64,000 bases of DNA from the human T2T-CHM13v2.0 reference genome, Homo sapiens: the NCBI RefSeq assembly GCF_009914755.1, contig NC_060933.1; one strand, 5' to 3'. Under the pieces are notes generated by a model. That model did not search any database, was not told the DNA's origin, and saw nothing but the letters and a program-made list of their open reading frames with translations. A program made the translations under genes and the position numbers. This document shows positions 1 to 16,490 of this stretch, piece after piece. Each line of letters starts with the position of its first letter. The stretch's first letter is position 1.

Positions 1-92
1 TGGGAGTAGTTCCCTGCTAAGGGAGGGTAGACTGTTCAACCTGTTCCTGCTCCGGCCTCCACTATAGCAGATGCGAGCAGGAGTAGGAGAGA
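1..92 (-). pseudogene. NUMT: fragment of mitochondrial COX1, cut by the left window edge
   Basis: Reverse complement reads TCTCTCCTACTCCTGCTCGCATCTGCTATAGTGGAGGCCGGAGCAGGAACAGGTTGAACAGTCTACCCTCCCTTAGCAGGGAACTACTCCCA = [30 protein letters not shown] in the vertebrate mitochondrial code (TGA=Trp). Contains the COX1 [10 protein letters not shown] motif; abrupt junction to nuclear repeat at 92/93. Confidence 0.95.
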
Positions 93-165
93 CTATATTG
101 TACCCTTAAAAATTTGTGGAAGAAGGTAGGTCTCATGTTAAGTGTTTTTTACCACAATAAAAAAT
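93..165 (+). mobile_element. Old L1M 3'-end fragment flanking the NUMT
   Basis: tattgtacccttaaaaatttgt...tctcatgttaagtgttttttaccacaataaaaaa resembles L1MA/MB 3' ends and the similar end at ~9800-9870. Confidence 0.6.
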
Positions 166-168
166 ATA

Positions 169-453
169 CAGTCATGGATACATAAAGAGAAATGAGCTGT
201 TGGGCAATTTTGTTGTTATACAAACATGATAGTGCACTTACACAAACCTAGATGGTATAACCTACTACACACCTAAGCTATGCTGTATAGCCTGTTGCTC
301 CTAGGCTACAAACCTGTACAGCATATATGTTACTGTACTGAACAGTGTATGGAAATAATAACGCAATGGTAAGTATTTGCGTGACAGTAATTTTTCAGCT
401 CCATCGTAATCTTATGCAGTCTGACTAAAACGCTGTTACGCGGTGCATGACTA
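169..453. mobile_element. Tigger3-type (TcMar-Tigger) non-autonomous DNA transposon
   Basis: TA-flanked termini cagtcatg...catgact; internal acacaaacctagatggtataacctactacacacctaagc is typical of Tigger3. Confidence 0.75.
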
Positions 454-767
454 TACTTATTTTTAAATCTTAATAAACATACTCTATTTTAAAACTATTT
501 TTATAGCATAAGGTAATAATAATATGCATTTTTAAATGACAATTATTTTATTTCTTCATTAAAGGAATCACTACAATACCTAAAAGTCCACATAAAAATA
601 TACAGCAAAAGGTTGTCAAATGAAACATAACTGTCAGTTAAAAAAAAATAAATTTAGTCTTCAAAAATGTTTAAAATGTATTTTAATGCAAGTTGGAAAA
701 CTATATTGAGAATGTCGCAAAATACGACTCCAAATTGCTTTACTGTTAAAGATTTTAACTTAATAAA

Positions 768-1059
768 TTTTTTTGAGATGGGGTCTCACTCTGTTGCCCA
801 GGCTGGAGTAGAGTGGCACAATCATGGCTTACTGCAGCTTTGAACTCCCAAGCTAAAGCAATCCTCCCACTTCAGCCTCTCGAGTAGCTGGGATTACAGG
901 TACATGCCACCATGCCTGGCTAATTTTTTGTATTTTTTGCAGAAATGGGGTTTCACCATGTTGCCCAGGCTGGTCTACAACTCCTGGGTTTTAAGCAATC
1001 CACCCACCTTGGCCTGTCAAAGCGCTAGGATTACAAGCATAAGCCACCACACCCAGCCT
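768..1059 (-). mobile_element. Alu (AluJ-like)
   Basis: Poly-T followed by reverse Alu dimer; diverged. Confidence 0.9.
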
Positions 1060-2567
1060 AAAGATTTTTATAATGATTTTTGCTTTTATCAGGTTAAATA
1101 TGTGACTTAATATTTTTAAGGGGTACAATAAACTCCAGTATGAGACAAAAAAGGCTTTAAAAATTAAGATAACGCATCATGGGGCTCAATAAGGATGATC
1201 TATATTTTGGAACCAGATGTTTTCCTACACCAATAAACTCTTTTCACGTTAGAAAAACCCTGAAAAAAATCTGTAATTCCCAGTGCAGAAGATAAGGGTC
1301 ACAACTCATAGTTGGTTCTAATAATAAACTAAACATTATTTGTCACTTGGGTTTTCTCATCTACCTTCCCACTCTCCAAACCCAGGTGTTCCTTATGGGG
1401 AATAAACAAAGAATCCATGAAAAATAGATAACTGCATTAAAAATTCAGGGATAGAGCCTTAATAACACATATATACTAGGTCCTAGGTATTACCCATTTC
1501 AGACTTTTTTTTTCCAGTTTTTGTTTTGAATCTAAAATTAACTCCTTTTTCCATGTATGCTGACACAGAAAGAAACAGAAAAGTGAGGCAATAATTGAGA
1601 AAACTAAAGCAAAATAAGGAATTGTCTCTAAAATAAAATTTAGGAACAACTTACTCAGGTTTGTTTATTTAGTCTGTTTCTTCTTTAACCCACTGGGTTA
1701 TTTCTCCATTTTCTACTTTTTTGCAAACAATACCTAGCATACAATAACTTTTATAGGTTTTCTTCATCCAGAACACTAAGCCCCCTAATGTGCTTAAACT
1801 CAAAATCTGTACCTTCACACTCTATCCCTCTGTTCTTCTTTGCCTGTATAATATCTATACTATAATATCTGGCCACCAGGGACAACTGAATATATGGCAT
1901 TATCATTCAAATCACTTTGCCTTCCCGATTTTTCTATTTCTAGGTTTCTCTAGTCAATCTAGGCTCGTTTCCCATCACCCCTTCTTTTCTTTCTGATCCA
2001 TACTCAGTCAGACAGGATATTCAGGCAAGTCTACTGGTGAAACAGCTCTGGATTTATCCCATTTCTAGTCTCACTGTAACCAACATGTTTCAGGCCCTTA
2101 TCACACAGTATCTTCCCGCATGGTCTCCGGACTCTAAAGTCCAATCTAGCTTACATAACACTCCTAGACAGCACTGCTTGAGTTCTCTTTGTCTAGCAAA
2201 TTAAAACCTAATACCTTAGACCAGGATTCCAGTACCAACTCTCCACTAAGACTTCTGTACCAGACACCTACTCATCTATAAGATTCTCACCTTCTCATTT
2301 TTAAACATCCGTATTGCTCTTTTCCTTACTTCTTCCCGTCAAAAAAAAATCCTACCGTCAAAAAAAATCCTACCAGTTCAAGGTTATTTTTTGTTAAGTA
2401 AGTCAGAATAGCACTTACCCCTTCTTTGACTAGGAAGGGGCAAAAAGGAACTCTTTACAATTTTGGATATCTTTTGTATCTTGACCTGAGTGGGAGTTAG
2501 AAGGATATGTGTTTGAATGTGCATATAGACAGATATATAGGTACAAATATATGTAAAAATACATTGA

Positions 2568-2900
2568 GGCCGGGCACAGTGGCTCACGCCTGTAATCCCA
2601 GCACTTTGGGAGGCCGAAGCAGGTGAAGTCAGGAGTTTGAGACCAGCTTGGCCAACATGGTGAAACCCCATCTCTACTAAAAAAAAAAAAAAAAAATACA
2701 AAAATTAGCTAGGCATGGTGGTACATGCCTGTAATCCCAGCTACTCAGGAGGCTGAGGCATGAGAATCACTTGAATCTAGAAGGAGGAAGTTGCAGTGAG
2801 CCAAGGTCACACCACTGCACTCCAGCCTGGGTGAGACTCCAGCCGGAGCGAGACTCCGTCTCAAAAAAAACCAAAAAAACAAAAACAAAAACAAAACCCA
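2568..2900 (+). mobile_element. Alu (AluS-like) within an old L1M fragment
   Basis: ggccgggcacagtggctcacgcc start, A-rich linker, A/CAAAA tail. Confidence 0.9.
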
Positions 2901-3006
2901 AACATCGAATTGTACACTAAAATTACACATTTGCATGCTTTACTGTATGCAAATAAATAAACCAAAACCAAAACAAACAAACAAAAAACTATCCTCATGA
3001 AGCATT

Positions 3007-3508
3007 TGATGGGGTTCAGGACATGCTATCCCAAAATATGGCAACTCAATATTTGAGAAAATGGCAGAATCAGGAAGGTCACTCTCACCTTCTCTCCTGA
3101 AGCAGGTCATAAAACCTAGGAAAGATTTTCTGACCTTCCGCTGATGCAGGTCATAAGACCCTCATTTAAGAGGTGCCCTCTCTATACACAGAGGAAAAGA
3201 ACATCCTTAAGTCTGAATATGAAGGGTCACAGAGAAAAATCTGAGCAAACAGGCCTTGCTAAGTTCTTCCCAGTTTATTATTAGATCATACTGTTTTATC
3301 TAATTATGCTTCTCCATTACTATCCTCTTCCATATCATAACTAACAGAAAACATACACAGGTATGTTTTATGAAGGCTCCTGTGTCAAGTAAAACTTACT
3401 AAATAAATTTCTATGTTGAAATTTCTCTTGATAGTTGGTCTTCTGTTAGAGAGACCTCAGCCATGAATCTAGTGATAGGCGAGGAAAAGATAAATTTCCT
3501 CCCTTACA
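3007..3508 (+). mobile_element. Solo ERV1 LTR (MER39-like)
   Basis: TG...CA termini; 5' end tgatggggttcaggacatgctatcccaaaatatggc recalled as MER39 family; internal aataaa. Confidence 0.65.
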
Positions 3509-5305
3509 CCTCAGATCCACTAAACCAAATGAAATTGTTCATGCCTCTGAATCCCATAGCCCTTTGGCTGTGATACTATTTTCCCCTATGTTTATATTAT
3601 CTAAAGCAGGACAGTGCATCAGAATCTCCTACAGAGGCTACAAAAATATAGATATGCCCTATTTAGTAGTAAAGTGACATAGTGTCTGGAATTTGCTTTA
3701 ATACACTACACCAAGGGCAATAGGTACATACAGGCTCATTATACCATTCTACTCTTACGCACGTTTGAAATTTCCTATTAAAATACATTTGTTTTTTTTA
3801 AATACTCCAGGCAAAAGAAATGTTGGGAGGATAGGTGAAATAAAATCAGCTAAATGTTGATGCCATTTAAACTGGGTGATGCATACAAGGGGTTCACTTT
3901 ACTATTCTGTTTATTCTTTTATATCTTTGAAATCTTCCATAATAAAATGTTAAAAATATACATTAATATACACATACCCAAGTCCCAATCCTGGAGACTG
4001 AGGGTGAGAACTACTGAGTTATCGAATTTTTTTTAAAAAGGCTCCACATGCGATTCTGATTTATGCCCCATTTGAGAAACGCAGCTTTTCATTCTTGTAA
4101 CAAATACTCACTGAGTACCCACCAAGCCCTGTACTAAGCAATACAGATTTTATACGTAAGGAACGTATAGACTCATGCCAGGCAAAAGCATTTCAAGCAA
4201 ACTGCAAGGCATCGTAACCGCCACAATAGAGGTTCATTCGAGGCTCTATGGATGGAGACACTGGCCGCCCCAAACGCTCATGGAAAGTGAGCGCTGCGTT
4301 TGCTTCATCTTTTCATCCCTATGATTCTTGGCATCGCGTTCTTTACCCAGAAGCTCAAATGTGCTTCATGTTCAGCTATATGACAGATACCGACTATCAT
4401 GAAGAACTGGGTTTTTTGTTTTTTTACCATAAATTCTATCTCCAAGGACTTGTATTTCTCTCATTTATTCATTTTAAAGATAAGTGAAGAGGAATATCCT
4501 ATTAACAAAAGTTTCACAGGGAAAGGTGCCACAAACATAGTGGCAAACCTGCTCATAAATGTGAACCAAAATGAATACAAATGCAAGTAGCTGTTATCTC
4601 GGCCCTATTACAACCAATAGCAATTCAAAAACTGAGTGATCACTTGAGAGAGAGGAAGGAAGATTAGGCACACTGCTCACTTACACATCCCCCACTCCAC
4701 CCCTCAGGGTTTTAAGAGGAACAAAGAAGTTATCCTAAAGCTCTACGATCTATGATCTGCTTAACAGAAACGCAGGTACAGTAAAATTATATTTAAATTG
4801 TTCCTAGCATCTTAGATATTTACCTTAGGGATTAGAATTTTAGAGCATGAAAAACATCTTAAGGAGTTCAAATTTATAGTGCTACCTGAAGGTGAAACTC
4901 CAAGTCAATTTTTATTTAAATAAGCCATGCTTATATCAGACCTTTCCTTAAACAATTCAACATACTTAAAAACAGACTGCCTATAGAACCCCCAGGCTGC
5001 TTTTAAGGAGTAATCCCTATCAGAACTAACCAATATGCTAAGCAATCTACAGAATGGAAAGGCTAGAAAGCATGATTTCCTCAGATTCTAAAACAAATCT
5101 GGTTTGATGAATTCCTATTATGTGTTAAGAAATAGAATTAGACTATGTCAAAAGCATTTAAGATTCCAAAAATTATCAACACAGTTCAAAAATACCATTT
5201 TAGAAAAAGTTTATAATAAAATAGTCCTAAACATAGCCTATCTAGTTAAAGAGGTCCTTTAAAAACATTGATTAGGAATTTTGGATTTAGATTTTTTTTC
5301 TTTAC

Positions 5306-5357
5306 CTGATCAAGGTGAGGTTGTGTTCCTGGCACATGCTGAAGTTTTTTCTGCAAA
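5306..5357 (-). CDS. ZNG1A: ZNG1/CBWD coding exon 11 (S|LQKKLQHVPGTQPHLDQ)
   Basis: gtttttag|TTTGCAG...GATCAG|gtaaag; 52 nt; phase 2 in, phase 0 out; cumulative CDS 816 nt = 272 codons. Confidence 0.95.
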
Positions 5358-7086
5358 CTAAAAACAACTGATTAGAAATTCAGAGATGAATACACTTCTG
5401 ATTTAACTTTATACGTTATTTAGTGACACAAGGATAATGAAGTGACTTTCCATAACTGACTATTCTAATATTCTGTAATTGCAATTTTACAAGTTGTTCG
5501 CAAATTCCAATAGAGAAAAGCTGGCAGATTAAGTTTTTTAAAAATTTCTTTAAAAAAAACCACACATTCATATATATACATATGCACAGAATAAAGAGAA
5601 AAACTAGTCTTTTAGCAACACTATTTTGTATGGTTAAATATGTCAGTAAATTTCTTTACCATTCCAACAGGTTTAATACAAACTTAAATATATATAACCA
5701 TTCTAGTATTGCTCAGAGTTCCTTAACTTTCTCCTGCTTCCTAATATGAAAATAATGCTGGCACCTAAAGAAAGTTGAAAGGATAAATTTTCCTTTATCA
5801 ATGTTTTCCCTTGAACTTATTAAAAAAGAAATAGTATCCATAAATATAAATTTGCTATATAGTCAGTTACCAATTGAGAGAAAAAGAAAGTCAGAATGTT
5901 AAAAATGCATTGTTCTGATATGAAAAGCACAAGAAGATCAACATGGCATAACAAATTACAACCATAATAACTGTAGCATACATTTCAACACTGATGGGGA
6001 CAGGACGGGAGGGGGAAAGGACTGAAAACCTTGCAGATGCTTTGCCTTGAAAACAGTGAGGGGTAAATTAGTAACAGCAAGTTCAGGAAAGAGAAAGAAC
6101 TTGTAGGAACTATTGGAGGGAATGAGTCTCTTTGCGGGGTCCTAGTAGGGAGAATGTCAAATTAAATCCTTCCCAGCTGGTTGCTCAGGAAAAGATTCTC
6201 CTGTTTAGCAGTTAAGCACACACAAAAAAGTCATGCAACGGCCTTCCCTATAGTGGTGAGATCACATTAAATAGCTACTTCAAGTGTCACTAAAGCACTA
6301 TAACTGCTCTTAAGTGTATGTAGAATGAGATTACTTTAGAAAAACATTTCGAAAAATCATATGCTTTTCCCATATGTTCAGTATTTAATGTTGTTGGACA
6401 ATGACTGCCTAGAACTTCATACGCAGCAAAAAAAAAAAAAAAAATCTAACAACGAACATTTAAGTTTAGTTCCCATAAGTCTCAGAATTTCATGCCCTCG
6501 ATTTTTTCCCTATCATACACATTTTTAAAAGACTAATCTAGTGGATAAGGATATGCTATCAAAACCTGAAACTCATGAATCGGAAATCATCTTGCACATT
6601 AACTTGTAATCTTATAACAATTTTTGTCTCTGCACACATAAAATGTAAATTCTGCACGCATAAAATGTAAAAAATCTCAAACAGTTTAGTGTTTTGTATA
6701 TTTAAATCATTATGTTCTATAACAAACAATAATTTAGGTATTGTCAGTAAGATGGAATTAGCAACATTTCTATTTCTCCCAAGTAAAAATATAGAATGAT
6801 ATAAAGAACTGGATGCCTTGATGAAAGTACCTGTATTACAGCAAATTATAGCAAAAGACAGAAGTAGAAAGGAAAAACAAAAATTGATATACTGAATATA
6901 GAGGTGGGAAATGATTGCATACTATAATTCTTATTAGTGAAATAAAGCACTAAAGGATACAATATGTAAAGGGAAAAAATAAAATTTCAACTAAAAAATA
7001 TTCTAGTGTTTAACATATTAAATGACAACCAACTTGTAAGCTCTTGGACCCAACAGAGATAAATTAGTTTAAGAAAGGCAAATTTT

Positions 7087-7409
7087 GCTGGGTTCAGTGG
7101 CTCAGGCTTATAATCCCAGCACTTTAAGAGGCCAAGTAGGAGAATCACTTGAGGCCAGGAGTTCAAGACGAGCCTGAGCAACGTAGCGAGAGCCTGTCAC
7201 TACAAAAAAGTAAAAATAAAAAATTAGCCAGGCATGGGTGCAAGCCTGTAGTCCCAGCTACTCAGGAGGCTGAGATGGGAGGATCACTTGAGTCCAGGAG
7301 TTCACGACTGCAGAGAGCCATGATAGCCACTGCATTCCAGCCCAGGTGTCAGAGTGAGACTCTGTCTCAATAAAATAAAATAATTAAATAAATATGAAAA
7401 AAAAGAAAA
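7087..7409 (+). mobile_element. AluJ-like, first of a tandem pair
   Basis: Diverged Alu dimer with A-rich tail. Confidence 0.9.
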
Positions 7410-7710
7410 GGCCAAGTGTGGTGGCTCACGCCTATAATCCCATTACTTTGGGAGGCTGAGGTGGGCAGATCACTTAAGCCCAGGAGTTTAAGATCAGCTT
7501 CGGCAACATGGCAAAACCTCATCTTCTACCAAAATAAAAAATTAGCCAGGCATGGTAGTGCGTGCCTATAGTCCCAGCTACTCATGAGTCTGAGGTGGGA
7601 AGACGGCTTAAGCCCAGGACACAGAGGCTATAGGGAGCTGACATCGCACCACTGCACTCTAGCCTGGGCAATAGACCCAGACCCTGTCTCCAAGGGGAAA
7701 AAAAAAAAAA
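7410..7710 (+). mobile_element. AluJ-like, second of a tandem pair
   Basis: Alu dimer; the pair is flanked by aagaaaggcaaattt at 7071-7085 and 7711-7725. Confidence 0.9.
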
Positions 7711-8946
7711 AAGAAAGGCAAATTTCATGCAGCATTGTTTCATTTGTTCCCCTTGTAAACACATTTAAATGTATCACAGGATCTGTAACTATCAAAACTG
7801 CCCACAGCATCAAATTAAAAATACAGTTCTAATCCAGACACGGCGGATGAAAGGGATCATGGCTAACTAGTGAAACAGCACTGATAGTCAAATGAAGAGC
7901 TGGAACCTTGAAGTAAAAAGAAGAAAAGGATCATCGAGAGAAAAGTTAGGATGGGCTAGACTTCTGGTTATTTCAGAAATGGGTAGCAAAAGACAAAGGC
8001 TCTTAACCTCCCAGAATTAGGTGACAACCTCAGCCAATCTATCTCCCTAGTAAAGCCAGAACTAAGATGGGAAAAAAAGACCATTTTTAAATGAACAAAC
8101 CAAATTTATGCTTAGGGCTGTATTCGCTTAATGGAGGAACAGTCATTTCAAAATTAGTAAAACAAAAGCTTTATATGAAAAAACATAGTATAATTCTGAA
8201 TGATTTTCATACAATCATTATCAAGCATAAGTGATACTGGATACCTGAAGCTGACATGAGGGAAAAAGCCTCAGGGAGATTTCACAACTTTGTACAGCAG
8301 TGGCTTGAAAGGATATAACTATATTTACCATAAAACAAGAAGTAGTCATTTTTACCTTACACAATTTATAAGAATTTTTAGAAAAATAGAAATAACTCAC
8401 ATGTAATTCAGGTATACCAAACTTTCCTGTCTTCCTACTAAATGGAACTAGAAAAGCAAAATGCTGATTTTTTCCAGGTACTCCAAAAATACCTTTATAA
8501 TTTTAACCGTAATTTGTTTAGTCTAAAAAGGTACTGCTCCAATACCAGAAGCTACAGGTGAAAAACATATCTCTCAACTGAAGACAACTTCTTGAATAAC
8601 TGTGTCACTGACAAGTTTACTCTCTGAGCTTCAGTTTCCAAACTGAGAAGGAGGAATAACTGCCCTGCCTGTCCCACACTTCTGGCTGCTGAAATAATCT
8701 CAATCAATTTCTTTTTTCTTTCTTTCTTTTTTTTTTTACAAACTACATGCAAATTTAATTTTTCCAATTCATAAAGTAAAAGGGGTCCAATAAAACACTA
8801 TCATGTCCTACCTCACAGGTTACTGTAGGTATTGTTTTCAAAATGTGAACAATACTACAGACTGAAGGTGGAAAAAAAAAAACTAGTTGAAAGTAGAATC
8901 AGTTTTTAAGGGCATGGCTAAGGCAAAATTAGAAATATATATATAA

Positions 8947-9870
<924 letters not shown>

Positions 9871-10121
9871 GAAAAAGATACTGATGCACAAGAATAACTA
9901 ATCTTTCTTCCCTCCCTTACCAAAAAGATTCCCCACAGGAGAAGGCAGAAAACTAATCCATTATTAAAGTGAACAGAGGAGAGAGGAGCCAAGATGGCCA
10001 AATAGGAACAGCTCCGGTCTACAGCTCCCAGCGTGAGAGACGCAGAAGACAGGCGATTTCTCCATTTCCATCTGAGGTACCGGGTTCATCTCACTAGGGA
10101 GTGCCAGACAGTGGGCGCAGG

Positions 10122-10430
10122 TCAGTGGGTGCGTGCACCATCCGCGAGCCGAAGCAGGGCGAGGCATTGCCTCACTTGGGAAGCGCAGGGGGTCAGGGAG
10201 TTCCCTTTCCTAGTCAAAGAAAGGGGTGACAGACGGCACCTGGAAGATCGGGTCACTCCCACCCCAATACTGCGCTTTTCCGATGGGCTTAAAAAACGGC
10301 GCACCACGAGATTATATCCCGCACCTGGCTCGGAGGGTCCCACGCCCACAGAGTCTCGCTGATTGCTAGCACAGCAGTCTGAGATCAAACTGCAAGGCGG
10401 CAGCGAGGCTCGGGGAGGGGCGCTGGCCAT
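10122..10430 (-). CDS. L1 ORF0 homolog (antisense 5'UTR ORF), 102 aa, both internal splice donors present
   Basis: ATG at 10430; MASAPPRASLPPCSLISDCCASNQRDSVGVGPSEPG... matches primate L1 ORF0. Donors CCAG|GTGCGG after 10325 (nt 106) and CCAG|GTGCCG after 10240 (nt 191). Confidence 0.8.
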   Translation of the reverse strand: MASAPPRASLPPCSLISDCCASNQRDSVGVGPSEPGAGYNLVVRRFLSPSEKRSIGVGVTRSSRCRLSPLSLTRKGNSLTPCASQVRQCLALLRLADGARTH

Positions 10431-10886
10431 TGCCCAGGCTTGATTAGGTAAACAAAGCAGCCGGGAAGCTCGAACTGGGTGGAGCCCACCACAGCTCAAG
10501 GAAGCCTGCCTGCCTCTGTAGGCTCCACCTCTGGGGGCAGGGCACAGACACACAAAAAGACAGCAGTAACCTCTGCAGACTTAAGTGTCCCTGTCTGACA
10601 GCTTTGAAGAGAGCAGTGGTTCTCCCAGCACGCAGCTGGAGATCTGAGAACGGGCAGACTGCCTCCTCAAGTGGGTCCCTGACCCCTGACCCCCGAGCAG
10701 CCTAACTGGGAGGCACCCCCTAGCAGAGGCAGGCTGACACCTCACACGGCCGGGTACTCCAACAGACCTGCAGCTGAAGGTCGTGTCTGTTAGAAGGAAA
10801 ACTAACAAACAGAAAGGACATCCACACCAAAAACCCATCTGTACATCACCATCATCAAAGACCAAAAGTAGATAAAAACCACAAAG

Positions 10887-11930
10887 ATGGGGAAAAAACA
10901 GAGCAGAAAAACTGGAAACTCTAAAAAGCAGAGCGCCTCTCCTCCTCCAAAGGAACGCAGCGCCTCTCCTCCTCCAAAGGAACGCAGCTCCTCACCAGCA
11001 ACGGAACAAAGCTGGAGGGAGAATGACTTTGACGAGCTGAGAGAAGAAGGCTTCAGACGATCAAACTACTCCGAGCTATGGGAGGACATTCAAACCAAAG
11101 GCAAAGAAGTTGAAAACTTTGAAAAAAATTTAGAAGAATGTATAACTAGAATAACCAATACAGAGAAGTGCTTAAAGGAGCTGATGGAGCTGAAAACCAA
11201 GGCTCGAGAACTACGTGAAGAATGCAGAAGCCTCAGGAGCCGATGCGATCAACTGGAAGAAAGGGTATCAGCGATGGAAGATGAAATGAATGAAATGAAG
11301 CAAGAAGGGAAGTTTAGAGAAAAAAGAATAAAAAGAAACAAACAAAGCCTCCAAGAAATATGGGACTATGTGAAAAGACCAAATCTACGTCTGATTGGTG
11401 TACCTGAAAGTGACAGGGAGAATGGAACCAAGTTGGAAAACACTCTGCAGGATATTATCCAGGAGAACTTCCCCAATCTAGCAAGGCAGGCCAACATTCA
11501 GATTCAGGAAATACAGAGAATGCCACAAAGATACTCCTCGAGAAGAGCAACTCCAAGACACATAATTGTCAGATTCACCAAAGTTGAAATGAAGGAAAAA
11601 ATGTTAAGGGCAGCCAGAGAGAAAGGTCGGGTTACCCTCAAAGGGAAGCCCATCAGACTAACAGCGGATCTCTTGGCAGAAACTCTACAAGCCAGAAGAG
11701 AGTGGGGGCCAATATTCAACATTCTGAAAGAAAAGAATTTTCGACCCAGAATTTCATATCCAGCCAAACTAAGCTTCATAAGTGAAGGAGAAATAAAATA
11801 CTTTACAGACAAGCAAATGCTGAGAGATTTTGTCACCACCAGGCCTGCCCTACAAGAGCTCCTGAAGGAAGCACTAAACGTGGAAAGGAACAACCGGTAC
11901 CAGCCGCTGCAGAATCATGCCAAAATGTAA
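10887..11930 (+). CDS. L1 ORF1p, intact, 347 aa (9-aa tandem duplication)
   Basis: MGKKQ...NHAKM; coiled-coil, RRM and CTD all present; SASPPPKER repeated twice. Confidence 0.95.
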   Translation: MGKKQSRKTGNSKKQSASPPPKERSASPPPKERSSSPATEQSWRENDFDELREEGFRRSNYSELWEDIQTKGKEVENFEKNLEECITRITNTEKCLKELMELKTKARELREECRSLRSRCDQLEERVSAMEDEMNEMKQEGKFREKRIKRNKQSLQEIWDYVKRPNLRLIGVPESDRENGTKLENTLQDIIQENFPNLARQANIQIQEIQRMPQRYSSRRATPRHIIVRFTKVEMKEKMLRAAREKGRVTLKGKPIRLTADLLAETLQARREWGPIFNILKEKNFRPRISYPAKLSFISEGEIKYFTDKQMLRDFVTTRPALQELLKEALNVERNNRYQPLQNHAKM

Positions 11931-11978
11931 AGACCATCCAAGCTAGGAAGAAACTGCATCAACTAACGAGCAAAATAA

Positions 11979-15823
<3,845 letters not shown>

Positions 15824-16433
15824 ACAATGAGAACACATGGACACAGGAAGGGGAACATCACATTCTGGGGACTGTTGTGGGGTGGGGGGGGAGGGGGGAG
15901 GGATAGCATTGGGAGATATAACTAATGCTAGATGACGAGTCAGTGGGTGCAGCGCACCAGCATGGCACATGTATACATATGTAACTAACCTGCACATTGT
16001 GCACATGTACCCTAAAACTTAAAGTATAATAATAAATAAATAAATTTAAAAAAAAACTCAAGAAAAAATAAAAAATAAAAAAATAAAGTGAAGAGAGTTA
16101 TTTGTGTGAAAACGCTAAGCTAAAATTTTCTATGTATTTCATGCATTTTCTCATAGAAAGAGTATTAGACATAGTGTTTGGTGTAGAAGTGTTAACGATT
16201 AGCCTCTAAAGTTAACTATCATTTACACTATAATTTCTACAGGAAAATGCAATATGATTTCCAAACAACCAATTAGTAAAACTTCCAAGAATATACCTCA
16301 TTAAGAATGGTCTTGTATGCCAAAGGAATGGCAGGAAGCTTAAATCATGGATGCAATTGTGCAAATCATTCCTGTTAACTATGGGGAAAAAAGGTACATA
16401 ACAATAAAAGTAACCAAATTATACAAAACATAC

Positions 16434-16490
16434 CTTATTCCAGAGAGACTATCAAAGGCATGAAGATCTAATACATTAGAGAGATCAACT
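16434..16490 (-). CDS. ZNG1A: ZNG1/CBWD coding exon 10 (R|VDLSNVLDLHAFDSLSGI)
   Basis: ttccttttag|AGTTGAT...GGAATAAG|gtatgt; 57 nt; phase 2/2. Confidence 0.95.

Noticed and set aside
2336-2374. Tandem ccgtcaaaaaaaa(a)tccta duplication
   Set aside because: A simple two-copy slippage duplication with no spacer structure or functional sign; not CRISPR-like.
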